Of a stretch of DNA of 64,000 bases, positions 28,954-40,200 are shown piece after piece (positions within the stretch are counted from its first letter, which is position 1; every line of letters begins with the position of its first letter). Made by a program: the position numbers and the translations under genes. The stretch lies in the NCBI GenBank assembly GCA_018715625.1, contig DVLG01000035.1:24080-88079 (forward strand). The letters run 5' to 3'. The notes under the pieces were generated by a model. The model saw only the letters and a program-made list of their open reading frames with translations, ran no database searches and was not told the origin of the DNA. The stretch is from Candidatus Scatovivens faecipullorum. GTDB taxonomy: Bacteria; Bacillota; Clostridia; TANB77; CAG-508.

Positions 28954-31900
28954 TTATTTATAACGTCTCTTTTTGATTTTTGTAATTGTTACTTTTGTTA
29001 CAATTACTACTAAAGCTACTACGGCTACTACGATTGCTACTACTATTATACTTGTTCTTGCTGTCTCAACTGTATTAACAATCATTCTTCTATTTCTCAT
29101 TAAACCTGTTGGAGGTGTTAATGTAATTGTTTCTGTTGCTGCAGTATCTGATTCAAAAGATGCTGTTACAAATTCCTCGCTACCAATTTCTGGTTTATCT
29201 TGTGCTGCTTCCATGTTAACATCAGCATTACCAATTGTTGTAGCAAAGTTTGTTCTTCTACCTGTTAATGTTGTAAATTGTATAATCTCTGCCATGTTTT
29301 CATAAGTCATATCTTCTGTATCTGCTTCTGCTGATACTACTTTAGATACTGGTAAGTATACTGTACCCATAGAATAATGATAATTTGTAGTATCTGGATC
29401 TGTTACTTTTGGTAATAAGAATCTTGCCAAATCTACGTTATTTACTTGATATTTATCTTGAGCTTCTTCAATATTTGTTTGAACATTTCTTGAATACTCA
29501 TCATCTCTGATTCTATCATCAACTGATACAACTAGGTTCTTATATTCTATGCCTTTAGTATTTGTTAGTTTAACATTAGTTGTAATATCTTCTCCTATAG
29601 CATAATTTTCAGTTGTCTCATTGTTTGTATTTTGTTCATCTGTTTTATTTTCTTCTTTATTGTTATTTCCTTCAACAAGGTCTCTTACTGCTAATACATG
29701 ATTTACTAATTCTGATGTTGTACTTCTTCTCCAGTACTTACTTAATAATTTATCATCACTTGTTTCTTGTTCAAACTCTAGGTCTGTGTCAACATAGTCT
29801 AATATCTTATCAAATTTCAAGCTTGCAATTGTATCTAAGTTAGTATCTTTTCCAGTATAATATGCATATCCTACATATCTACCAAAATATCCACCGTCTC
29901 CTGCTGGCTTATTATTTGCATCAGTTTCATTAGTAATTGTTTTCTTCATGTTTCTGTATAAATCTTTATTTTCATCTAGTGCATAAGTATCTGCATAAAT
30001 AATATTTCTTGCTGTTCCTGAAGCTGTATAATCTTTATCTATAATATTTACACCTTTACCATTATATGCATTGATTAAATTAATTGTTGCATCATTTTCT
30101 TTATATCTGATATCATCAAGATTTTCTGTGATTCTATCTACCTCACTATTGTTTTGTGCTTTAAATTTATAAGTAATTTCTATTTTAGATCCTTGTAAAA
30201 TATCATCATCTATTTGTAAGTAAACAAATCCTTGAAGTTCTTCTGTTGCAAGTCCTGATAGTAGGGCTGTATAATCATTTGAAATGAATTGTACTAAGTC
30301 AAGTCCTACTGATTTTTCCATATCTAAGTGGTGAGTTGCATGTTCGCCTTCACCCTCTGTATAGAAGAATAAGTCAGCTAATGTTTCTCCATCTTCTGTT
30401 GTTATCTTCATTTCATCAATTTCTTTTAATAAGCTTATTTGTGATTCAGGTCTATATTCAACACCAAAGTCTACGTTTTCAATCTTGAAGTCCCTAGCAT
30501 TGTTGTCTGCATATTGCATAGCTTCTAGTTCTTTATAGTAAATTTCATTTGCTAAATCTTCAGCTGTACCATTTCCTAAATCAACATTTGTTCTTACAAT
30601 ATATTTTGATGTTTGCTCTTGTGTTAATTTCTCAGTTTTTACTAAGAATTCAACTGTTTCAGCATTCATATATGTGTTTTCTGTTAATGCTTTTAATTGA
30701 TCCACATCATTTGCTCTAGATATTGGTGTCATTTCTTCAATTCCATTTGCAACACCTTTTAGAATTTCTGCAAGTTCGTTTGTCATAACTTCTGAGAATC
30801 TATTAACTTCTAGTCTTCTAATTTCATCATCTCTAGCATCTGATTTGTTTACAACCTCTAATTGTTTAATTATTTCATCAACATCTGTTTCTGTATCACT
30901 TAAATCTGTTGTATATTTTGTTGATTTATAATCTTGACCATTAAAGATTAACATATCTTTTTGAGCTTCAATATCTGGGTTATATGTTGTAGAATTTTTG
31001 TTTTCTTCAACTGTATCACCATAAGTAAATCTTACAACATATCTACCTGGAACAAATCCTTCAAGTTCATAATTACCATCTGTATCTGTTCTTGTATGTT
31101 GAACTTGCTTCCATGTAACATCACTTAAGATTTCTTCATAATAATGAATTTGATTATTATTATTTGCATCTTTTGCATAGTTACCGTTTTCATCACGTAC
31201 TGGAATATCAACAATTTCAACAAATTCTGCTCTTGCACTTCTAACTTTAATATCCTTTTCTTCTGTTTCTGAACCATCTTTGTAGTTAATTTCTACGTTT
31301 TGATTCATTTTGCCATCATTGTTTTTCTGCTTATCAGGATTATAGTTACCATCACCAATATATTGTGTTTCTCCAGCTTCTCCTAAAGTTTCTGTTCTAG
31401 AATCATCCCAAACCATACCAGAAATACTTCTTCTAATATCTGGTGTATTCTGAACTTCTACAATAATGTTATTTTTACTGTATTTTTCTGTTATTATTTC
31501 TTTTGTATTTACTGTTGCATCTGCAACAAGTTCAATACCTGTTTTATATGTCATATCTTCATAGTAGTCTATATTATCTGCAGAGGTTTCGCTTTCAGCA
31601 TATCCTCCACTTCCAGGAATTACTCCTGTGCTATCATTTTTGATACCAATGTTACCAGCATTTGAGTCCATATCTACAAGTGAAGTTGGTTTTCCATCTG
31701 TGTACCAAACTGAGTAAGCATTAACTTGTGCAATGTTTTCTGTACCTCTACCGAATTTATTTTTGAAATCTGTTGCTACATTTTCAGCTATTTTTAAAGA
31801 TCTCTCTAAAGTTGTTGTTTTTGTAGTAGTTGTTGAACCACTTTCTTCTCCTGTTGTTATTGATCCATTTTCTTTTTCTTCAGTATTAGAACTTGCACTT

Positions 31901-34900
31901 GATGTTGAAGATTTTGTTTCTTCATAATTTTCATTTGTAATACCTACTTCTAAAGCTTCTTTATCAAGTACATATTTAACATAAATATCTAAATCTTCTC
32001 CTTCATGGATAATCTCATTCTCCATACCTCTAATATATACTGTGTTATATCCATCAGCTTCAAAGTTATTTTTCTTTTCAGAATATGTACCTAAAGCTCC
32101 TCTTGAAGAAATATTTGATAATGTTAAATCAATTTTTACATAATTTCCTGCAGGATCTTCTTTATAAATTGGTTTTGCTCCTGCTGCTACTTCTGTAGGA
32201 TTTTCAATACTATATTTTGTTCCATTTGCAGCATCTCCTGCTTCGCTTGCTTCTTTAAAGTACCAAGCCTCAGCAATCTTAATTGGTTTATCAACTAAGA
32301 AGCCATTATCATCTTTATTTTTTACAACTACTGTATTTGGAGATCCAACTGTTGGATTTGGAACACTTACCATATTTCCATTTTCATCAAATTGTATTTG
32401 AACAAAGTTCTTGTCATATATGTCTAGAATTTCATGTATCTTAACATCTAGTTTAGTATCAGTTACAGGAGGATTTTTACCTTCATAATTTACAGTATCA
32501 TCATCAGTAACTGCTTTATTATCAACTGTTATTCTATATGTTACCTCAACATTTAATTCACTCTCACCATTTATACCTTTATACTCTCTAACTGCTTGTG
32601 CTTTATATTGCTCAAATCTGTATTTATAGTCAGATTCATATAACTCTAAACCATAAGGTTTTGAAATTATATAATTTTGTAAATATGGATTTTGATCTGT
32701 AGCTTCCATATCACCATTTAAACCATTGTTTTGGTTGTAGTTGTATTCCATTTCTTCACCATCAATAGTTGTTTTTACTTTATAAACATCTTTTGTTAAT
32801 GCAATATCAACATCTTCTCTTAACTCTAAACCTAAATTGATGTGTTTTAAGTATTCAGTTTCTGGTTTTTCATTATTTTGAGCTCCTCCAAATGGATATA
32901 ACCATAAGTAGTTAGTTGAATTTGCATCATTTTTATTTGAAGGAACATTTATAAAGCTTCTTGCTGTCATTAATCTTGAGTTATCTTCCATTAATTGTGA
33001 AGTGTGTTCAGTCTTATCAAAAACTAATTCATTAGTTTTATTAAATCCTAAATCATAAGCTACATTATATGAAATGTATTCATATTTTGTATTAAATTGT
33101 TCTCTTACATCTGTAAATTCAGCTGCATTAGAATCAATCAAATATTCTTGTTCAAAGCTTCCATCATCTTTTAGATGTTTCTTACCATCTGTTCCAGCAT
33201 AGAATTCTGTACTCTTATATATAACACCATCATATTCGTATTCTATATAATAACTTACATATTTACTATTTGCTGTGTAGTTTCCATTTGCATCTTTATT
33301 GTCAGCTTTGTCAACACGTTGATATGTTGTATTTAATGAGAATCCTGTGTCATGATTATATGTACCATACCAGTTTAAGTTCTCATCTCTACCAAATGTA
33401 TATAAACCATTTTGGTCTGTTTTGGTTGTTCTTAATAATGTACCATCTGATTTATAAAGATGAACAATTACATCTTTCTTTCTAGCATCTTGGTTAACAT
33501 TATAGTATGCTTGTTTTGTAGCATCAACATCTTTGTCTGTCATAAATCCATCTCTATCAAAGTCTACCCAAACATTACCTGCAATTACTAAGTCTTTCAT
33601 TCTTACGTATTCTTTTGTTTCTTCTTGTTTAGAAATGTTTTCATCATGATTTGGATTTCTAACTTCTCTATTATTATCATCTGTATGGTTAATGTTAGTT
33701 AGTATTGTTAAGTCAGCTCTGTTCTCTAAATCATATAAATACATATTGCTTTCTGTAACTTCTACAGTTACATAGTAAATAATGTATTCACCTGGATTTA
33801 AGATTGTTTCATTTCCAATAGTGTATTCATATTTGTTGTAATTTCTTCCGTTTTCACTAATTGCTGATGGAGCTGAAACATTAACATTCACTTTTCCATC
33901 ACCATTATATCTTGTACAAACACTACCATCACTATTATACATTACAGCTTCAACAGATTTTTGAGTTAAACCAACCTCCATTTTATCTGTAACTTTAGTT
34001 GTTCTAACTTGAGTTGCTGGTTTTGTACCAGAACTTAAAGATTTATTAACTGTTGTTGCTTCATTTGTAATCTTAATAGCATATACAATTGTTTCATATT
34101 TTTCAACTGAAACTGGATGTTCTTTCTTATAAGTGTCTTTGTTATTTGGTTCTCTCACTCTATCATTTACATTTCCATCAGATAAAGTACTATATTGTTT
34201 ACTGTCATTCATTCTTGAAGTTTTTAAAGTACCATCATTATTTGTAATTATACCATTATTTGTAAATGAATTGTTATTGTTTTCTTTTTGTATTTTTTCA
34301 TCATAAGTATAAATGTATTTATCAACAAATGTGTTATAGTTATTTATTTTGTAATAATCTTTTGTTTCTGTTCTTATTGGGTTATTTTTAATAACATCAT
34401 ATTTATCATCAACTGTTGAAGTCTGTGCTGTTCCTCTATTGATGTTTCTCATTTCTCCAATAAATTTAACACTATTTGTTTCAACAGTTCCTTTTGTATA
34501 TTCATCTACTGTTAAAGTAACTGTTATTGTTCTAGTACCATTTGCTGGAATCATCAAGTTTTTAATTGTGAATTTTCCACCATTTGTACTACTATCAGTC
34601 TTAGATATTGTATAAGATTTGTTTCCTGGTATTGTTGTACCACTTACAGTAATATCTAAGTTAGAATATTTTTTAGGTAATGTATCTTCTATATCTACAT
34701 AAACCTTATCTGGTTTCCAATATGGAGCATTATTATAATCTATCTTAGAGTCATATTTATTTGTTGTATTATAAACTATTATCTTATATGTAATAGTATC
34801 TCCATATTCTGCGTATACTGGATTAGCTTTTTTAGCATCTTCTGTTACACCTTTTGTTATAGATCTTTGATCTGTTGCTTTTAAGGTTGTATCTATACTG

Positions 34901-37257
34901 CTAATTCCAATATTGTCTTGATTATGTTCTACATCATAAATATATTTTTCAATATTTACATTGTACTCTTTAATCTCATAAGTATCTGAATCTTTTTCTT
35001 TCAAATTAGTTGTGTTATCATTAGCGTCTGTATTTACCATACTACCATATCGGTGTGCACCATGAGTAGAATTTTCTCCCCATATAACATACTGCATGTG
35101 TTCACTTGATGTATTGGTTGTAATAAATTCTATTGTATTTGTATAAACTCCCTCTGGTCGAGTTGGTCTAACTTTAATTTCATAAACATTTTTATTATGA
35201 GGTGCTACTTCTATCCATTGACTATATTTTATACTATCTGGCATTTCCTCCAGAGAACAATCTACCAAATTAGCATAAACTGGCTCACAACCTTCTGGTA
35301 AAACATCTTTTACTTTTACTCTAGTTGGGAATCTTGAATCATTTATAATTTCTATAGTATAAGTAACTAAATCTCCTCTTTCTACTTTTACTGGATTATT
35401 ACGTTTTTGATCCATTGTCCAATCTCTTCTTTGGTTTCCTGAAAAAATATTTCCTATTTCTCCAACATGATCAACACTTGTAATATATTTATATATTGTC
35501 ATTTGTGTTTTTAATGGAACTGCAACACGAATTGTATATTCCATTTGTTCTGATGAAAGTAAACCTGCTCCTGAAAATGCGTCTTGTGCGTAGTCTCCTC
35601 CATTAGTTGGTTCATTCCATGTAAAGTCCCAACAATCTTCATGACGATGTCCACATAAATATGTGCAATAGTGACTAGTTGAATCAGTCCCACCACATGC
35701 ATGATGATCTCCTGGACAACTGTATGATGGTGGATCTCCTCCATCAGATTCGCAACCTCCACAAGAATATGTATAGCAATTTACGCACCATGTATGTGTA
35801 CAGGTTCCAGTCCAAGGACTATCCGTGCTTCCAGGTGATCTACTTTTATGATGGCTGCCACCTAATCCCGGATCTGGACAACTATATGAACAACCTGATT
35901 GACTTGTTGAAGAATAACCGTTAAAGTTTATGGCTTCTTGTAGTCCTTCATACCATGTTCCTGCACCAGATGCATGTATTTTTTGATATGTAAATCTAAT
36001 ATCTAATAATTCATCATATCCATTAATTGCTGCTGAGCTAAAATCAATATAAAATTCTGAACCTGGTTCTGGAACAGGAAATTCTATTGTTTTAGTTTGT
36101 CCACTTTCATTTGTTAATATAGCTTCAGCTTTAATAATTGTTCCTCTTAAATCTGAGTCTGATCCGTTTCTTCCTTGAGTATTTGTAAATTCTGTTTGAA
36201 GATTTTTTGCATTAGCAGAATTACTTGGAGTATATTTTTCATAACGATCATCATCTACTAATACATAATGTGCTTTTTCACTATCGCTTAAAGCCTCATA
36301 TTCAGCTTTAGTTATACTTGTTACTGTATAAGAGTCTAAACTAAATGAATAATTTTCAGCTCTCACATAATTACTCATTTTAAACGGACCAACTTTATAT
36401 GTACTATTTGAAACTGTTGCTCCAACATTATCTTCTGGTTTAACATCTACATTAGGATTTTTTGAATCCTCATGATATTTATCAAATATTTGGGCTGCAC
36501 CTAATAATGGATTCGTCTCTCCTGGTTTTAATTGTCCAAGCCAAGACCATAATGCATGTTGTAATGGATCTGATGTATATCCTGTACTTGCTCTTTCTCC
36601 ATCTGATTGTTTATACCTTGCAAGTAAGAAAGCCATAGCTCCATCTGAAAAATCTCCTTTTCCTTGTCTTACACCAATATTAGCTTTTCTAGTTTCACAA
36701 TCAAAGGCAACATTATGAGGAATATATACCCAGTTTGTATATACAGTATCTGCAGGAGTTTCTGTAGATTCTCTATATCCATCATAAACACTTAAATTTT
36801 TTTGTATTGAACCATTTTGATCTAAATATATTGGAGCGCTTGTATCAATATCTAAATATGGAATTTCTGCTTCATTTTTTGTTGAAGCACTATCTACTTT
36901 ATGTTTTGTTATTGTATGTGTTTTATGATAAGCACTTCCTAGTATAGTATTTCTTTTAGCTCCATACGCCGTTCCATGCTGAGCACAGAAATAGTCTGCA
37001 GAACTATTAAATACAGCTCCATTTACAGGAAAAGTTTCTATTCTTTTATATCCTGGTGCTTTATACGAATATGCTTTTGTAATTTTTTTATTTACAATTC
37101 CTAATCCAACAGGACTTCCGCTAATAGTACTTCCAAATTCTGTTTGTAATGAATCAACATTAGCACCTATTGTTGTAGGTATAAATAAATATCCAAGTCC
37201 TAATAATACTAAACCTATTATTAACATTGTTAATACATATTTTATTTTTTCTCTCAT
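28954..37257 (-). CDS. giant surface protein A2 (2767 aa): signal/anchor peptide, putative thioester (TED-like) head, 12-Cys/8-His insert, multiple beta-sandwich and SdrD-B-like domains, S/T-rich linker, TPPTG sorting signal plus TM plus basic tail
   Basis: A single uninterrupted ORF. ATG 37257 lies 12 nt after the A1 stop, with a GGAGGTG RBS in the gap. It is a paralogue of B2, sharing the YKVGPF...NYV motif, the Cys/His insert position, VW(x)D SdrD-B-like units and the TPPTG tail. Confidence 0.9.
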   Translation of the reverse strand: MREKIKYVLTMLIIGLVLLGLGYLFIPTTIGANVDSLQTEFGSTISGSPVGLGIVNKKITKAYSYKAPGYKRIETFPVNGAVFNSSADYFCAQHGTAYGAKRNTILGSAYHKTHTITKHKVDSASTKNEAEIPYLDIDTSAPIYLDQNGSIQKNLSVYDGYRESTETPADTVYTNWVYIPHNVAFDCETRKANIGVRQGKGDFSDGAMAFLLARYKQSDGERASTGYTSDPLQHALWSWLGQLKPGETNPLLGAAQIFDKYHEDSKNPNVDVKPEDNVGATVSNSTYKVGPFKMSNYVRAENYSFSLDSYTVTSITKAEYEALSDSEKAHYVLVDDDRYEKYTPSNSANAKNLQTEFTNTQGRNGSDSDLRGTIIKAEAILTNESGQTKTIEFPVPEPGSEFYIDFSSAAINGYDELLDIRFTYQKIHASGAGTWYEGLQEAINFNGYSSTSQSGCSYSCPDPGLGGSHHKSRSPGSTDSPWTGTCTHTWCVNCYTYSCGGCESDGGDPPSYSCPGDHHACGGTDSTSHYCTYLCGHRHEDCWDFTWNEPTNGGDYAQDAFSGAGLLSSEQMEYTIRVAVPLKTQMTIYKYITSVDHVGEIGNIFSGNQRRDWTMDQKRNNPVKVERGDLVTYTIEIINDSRFPTRVKVKDVLPEGCEPVYANLVDCSLEEMPDSIKYSQWIEVAPHNKNVYEIKVRPTRPEGVYTNTIEFITTNTSSEHMQYVIWGENSTHGAHRYGSMVNTDANDNTTNLKEKDSDTYEIKEYNVNIEKYIYDVEHNQDNIGISSIDTTLKATDQRSITKGVTEDAKKANPVYAEYGDTITYKIIVYNTTNKYDSKIDYNNAPYWKPDKVYVDIEDTLPKKYSNLDITVSGTTIPGNKSYTISKTDSSTNGGKFTIKNLMIPANGTRTITVTLTVDEYTKGTVETNSVKFIGEMRNINRGTAQTSTVDDKYDVIKNNPIRTETKDYYKINNYNTFVDKYIYTYDEKIQKENNNNSFTNNGIITNNDGTLKTSRMNDSKQYSTLSDGNVNDRVREPNNKDTYKKEHPVSVEKYETIVYAIKITNEATTVNKSLSSGTKPATQVRTTKVTDKMEVGLTQKSVEAVMYNSDGSVCTRYNGDGKVNVNVSAPSAISENGRNYNKYEYTIGNETILNPGEYIIYYVTVEVTESNMYLYDLENRADLTILTNINHTDDNNREVRNPNHDENISKQEETKEYVRMKDLVIAGNVWVDFDRDGFMTDKDVDATKQAYYNVNQDARKKDVIVHLYKSDGTLLRTTKTDQNGLYTFGRDENLNWYGTYNHDTGFSLNTTYQRVDKADNKDANGNYTANSKYVSYYIEYEYDGVIYKSTEFYAGTDGKKHLKDDGSFEQEYLIDSNAAEFTDVREQFNTKYEYISYNVAYDLGFNKTNELVFDKTEHTSQLMEDNSRLMTARSFINVPSNKNDANSTNYLWLYPFGGAQNNEKPETEYLKHINLGLELREDVDIALTKDVYKVKTTIDGEEMEYNYNQNNGLNGDMEATDQNPYLQNYIISKPYGLELYESDYKYRFEQYKAQAVREYKGINGESELNVEVTYRITVDNKAVTDDDTVNYEGKNPPVTDTKLDVKIHEILDIYDKNFVQIQFDENGNMVSVPNPTVGSPNTVVVKNKDDNGFLVDKPIKIAEAWYFKEASEAGDAANGTKYSIENPTEVAAGAKPIYKEDPAGNYVKIDLTLSNISSRGALGTYSEKKNNFEADGYNTVYIRGMENEIIHEGEDLDIYVKYVLDKEALEVGITNENYEETKSSTSSASSNTEEKENGSITTGEESGSTTTTKTTTLERSLKIAENVATDFKNKFGRGTENIAQVNAYSVWYTDGKPTSLVDMDSNAGNIGIKNDSTGVIPGSGGYAESETSADNIDYYEDMTYKTGIELVADATVNTKEIITEKYSKNNIIVEVQNTPDIRRSISGMVWDDSRTETLGEAGETQYIGDGNYNPDKQKNNDGKMNQNVEINYKDGSETEEKDIKVRSARAEFVEIVDIPVRDENGNYAKDANNNNQIHYYEEILSDVTWKQVQHTRTDTDGNYELEGFVPGRYVVRFTYGDTVEENKNSTTYNPDIEAQKDMLIFNGQDYKSTKYTTDLSDTETDVDEIIKQLEVVNKSDARDDEIRRLEVNRFSEVMTNELAEILKGVANGIEEMTPISRANDVDQLKALTENTYMNAETVEFLVKTEKLTQEQTSKYIVRTNVDLGNGTAEDLANEIYYKELEAMQYADNNARDFKIENVDFGVEYRPESQISLLKEIDEMKITTEDGETLADLFFYTEGEGEHATHHLDMEKSVGLDLVQFISNDYTALLSGLATEELQGFVYLQIDDDILQGSKIEITYKFKAQNNSEVDRITENLDDIRYKENDATINLINAYNGKGVNIIDKDYTASGTARNIIYADTYALDENKDLYRNMKKTITNETDANNKPAGDGGYFGRYVGYAYYTGKDTNLDTIASLKFDKILDYVDTDLEFEQETSDDKLLSKYWRRSTTSELVNHVLAVRDLVEGNNNKEENKTDEQNTNNETTENYAIGEDITTNVKLTNTKGIEYKNLVVSVDDRIRDDEYSRNVQTNIEEAQDKYQVNNVDLARFLLPKVTDPDTTNYHYSMGTVYLPVSKVVSAEADTEDMTYENMAEIIQFTTLTGRRTNFATTIGNADVNMEAAQDKPEIGSEEFVTASFESDTAATETITLTPPTGLMRNRRMIVNTVETARTSIIVVAIVVAVVALVVIVTKVTITKIKKRRYK

Positions 37258-37269
37258 AATATCACCTCC

Positions 37270-40200
37270 TTACTTATAAACTTTCTTAACATTAATTTTT
37301 TTCTTAATTTTTTCTTTATATTTGCCTTTAAATGTATCTTTATTTATAATATTAGTTTTAAACATAATTAAAATTATTAATATAATAGCTATTATAAATA
37401 TAATAATTGTTGTTGCTCCACCTGTTGAAACTAATATTAATGTATTCTGAACACTATTATTATTTTCGGCATTTTCTGAAACATTATCAGAACTATATGC
37501 TTCCAATATTGCGACTTTATTAGAATGTGTACCAGTATTATTTCCATCCATTGTTTTGGTTAAAACAAGTTTAATTTCTTTTTTATCTCCTGGTTTTAAT
37601 AAAGTTTGATTTATATTTTTAACATAAATATATCCATCTGTTCCTTTAAACCATTCTGAATTTTGACTTTCATCAAATTGTAAGTCACTATTTAGATAAT
37701 CTATTACATTTTCAGCATATCCTTCTAAATCTCCTATATTTTCAATAGAAACTGTATATTCTAAAGTAACTTTTGCACCATTTATTCTTCTAGATGGTAT
37801 TTCTACTTTTGCTAACTCTAAATTATCGAAATTATATTCTTCAGAAAATTTTCCATTTTCTACCTTAACTTTTGAAATATATTTATTTACAACTAAATCA
37901 AATATTTCTCTATTTTGAAGTCCTATATTAATATTTCCAACATTTTGATTTGCAACATTTATTTCATTTGTTACAGCAGAAATATCTTCTGAATCATTTT
38001 CCATAATATATGAATTATTTTCTGCTGATGAACTATCTTTTTTATAAATTGTTGCTTTATATTTTGTTTCGTCATAAGAAACTGCTATTACATAATTTCC
38101 ATTTTCTACTTCATTAAATTGATATGTTCCATCAACCGCTGTAATTGTAGACTTAATCATTGTTCCATTTGTATTCAATAAGTAAACTTTTACACCAGCC
38201 ATTTTTGTTTCATCATCAGTTTTTATACCATCTTTATTTGTATCCAACCAAGAAACACCACTAATTGAATATTTTGGAGTTATAGCATTTGGAGTATTTT
38301 GTAAATTATCTGTAGTATTACTATTATTATTTGTATTATTTGTGTTATTAGAATTATTATCTCCTGGTGTTACTATATCTTGATTACTTCCTGGAATGCT
38401 ATCTTGTGAATTTCCATTTGAATCATTATTTGTATTATCATTAGAAGAATTATTAAAATTATTATTTGAATTATTTTCTTGATTTGCTTGATTATTTTGG
38501 TCTTGTTCAATTAAATCATTAACTCTATCTTCTTCTATTTCTTCATCAGTTTTTAAATTATTATTTATGGTAAATTCTACTGGTTCTAAAACAACATCCT
38601 CCTGATCTGTATTTTTAATTTTTCTTATTATTATTGCTTCTGAAGAATCTGTTCCAGATAAATTCTTTGCTTTTAAAGTAATATCTATCGTTATACTTTC
38701 TTTTGCATGTATTAAAGGTAATGTCGCACTATAAATATTTCCTTCACTAGCATTTGCTAATAATTCACCATTTGAAACTCTAACACTTGAAACTATAACA
38801 CTCTCTGGTATTTCAAATTCTAATATACCTTCAGAACATTCTACTGTTGATATGTTTGTTATTAATGTAGAAATTGTAGCTGTTTCATTTTCATTAATGC
38901 TTTCAGGCAAATTTATTGTCATATCTGTAGCCTCTAGTACTGCTTTAGAAACAGTTTGAGGAACAACTGTACTTATTTCTTTTGCAACTTCATCAGCATA
39001 AAATTCAAAATAACAATCTACTGTTTTAGAAGCACTATCTATTTGTTTTGACATTACACAAGTAGTTAATGTAACAACTTGATTTGCTGCCATATCTCCT
39101 ATATAGTAATATATTTTTCCTTCCTCTTCTATGTATTCTATATTTTCACTTTTTTCGTCTATTGTTCCACTTACATATTCATATATATCACCAACATTTA
39201 AAGTTGCCACAACATTTTTCATATCTTTTCTTGATGTGTTGGTTAATAATAATGTAAAATTTGTTGCAACTCCTGCTTGTATTTCTCTATCATAATCTAA
39301 TCTAATTTCAGAAGCAAAATTTGCTTGATTTAACTTATTTTTTACTTCATTTGTTTCAATTGGATTAGCCATTAAAGCACTTGTTATAGTAGCTTTATTA
39401 GTAATATAAATATCTGGTACTTCTGTGATATATTCCTTGATTGGTACACTTTCTATAACAGTAATTGTTTCTTTTATTCCATCATTTTCTACTTCCTTTT
39501 GAACTTCTTTATCTTCATATCCTGTTATAATATAATATCCATTATCATCTTTATAAGCATATTCTTCTAATGTTGGCTTATTATATGTTCTAACATAATA
39601 TGTAGCTTCTTTAGTTTCTCCAGGATTAATTGTACCTAGATTAAACTTTATACCATCACTATAATCTCCTGAAGCTACCATATATCCATAATCACCTACT
39701 GCAGATCTTGGATCTTTAGTTAAATAATTAGTATATTGTGGTACAATACAATTTGCTATTACATCATTTGCTGCAACACTACCACTATTTGTAACAGAAA
39801 CTGTATATTTTAATCTCTTAAATGATAATACTTCTGTTCCATCTCCAACATCTACACTTAGTTTAGCTTCCATCTTTGGTCCAGCTTCTGTTGTTAAACC
39901 AACAATATCTGCACTTGAACTTTCATAAACAACTGCAACATCTGTGTTGTTGTTATAGTAAGCTCCAAAGCTTCCTGCTATACTTGTTTCATAAGGTAAA
40001 TTTGCTGGAATTTCAAAATCATAAGTATATCTTAAAACTTCACCAGCTTTTAATTTTCCATTTACAACAATTAAATAAGATTTTATTGTTGATGGATCTG
40101 TAACTTCTGTTGTCCAACCATTTGCTTCATTGTTTAAATCTTTAGTTGCATCTGGGTTAGTAGAATAATAAATTGTTGACATATTTGAGTTTTGTATATC

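Noticed and set aside
35511-35924. Overlapping ORFs on both strands (35511-35762 minus, 35679-35924 plus) rich in His, Met and Val
   Set aside because: They coincide exactly with the GC-richer Cys/His-cluster segment of A2. They are alternative-frame artefacts of that composition and not separate genes.
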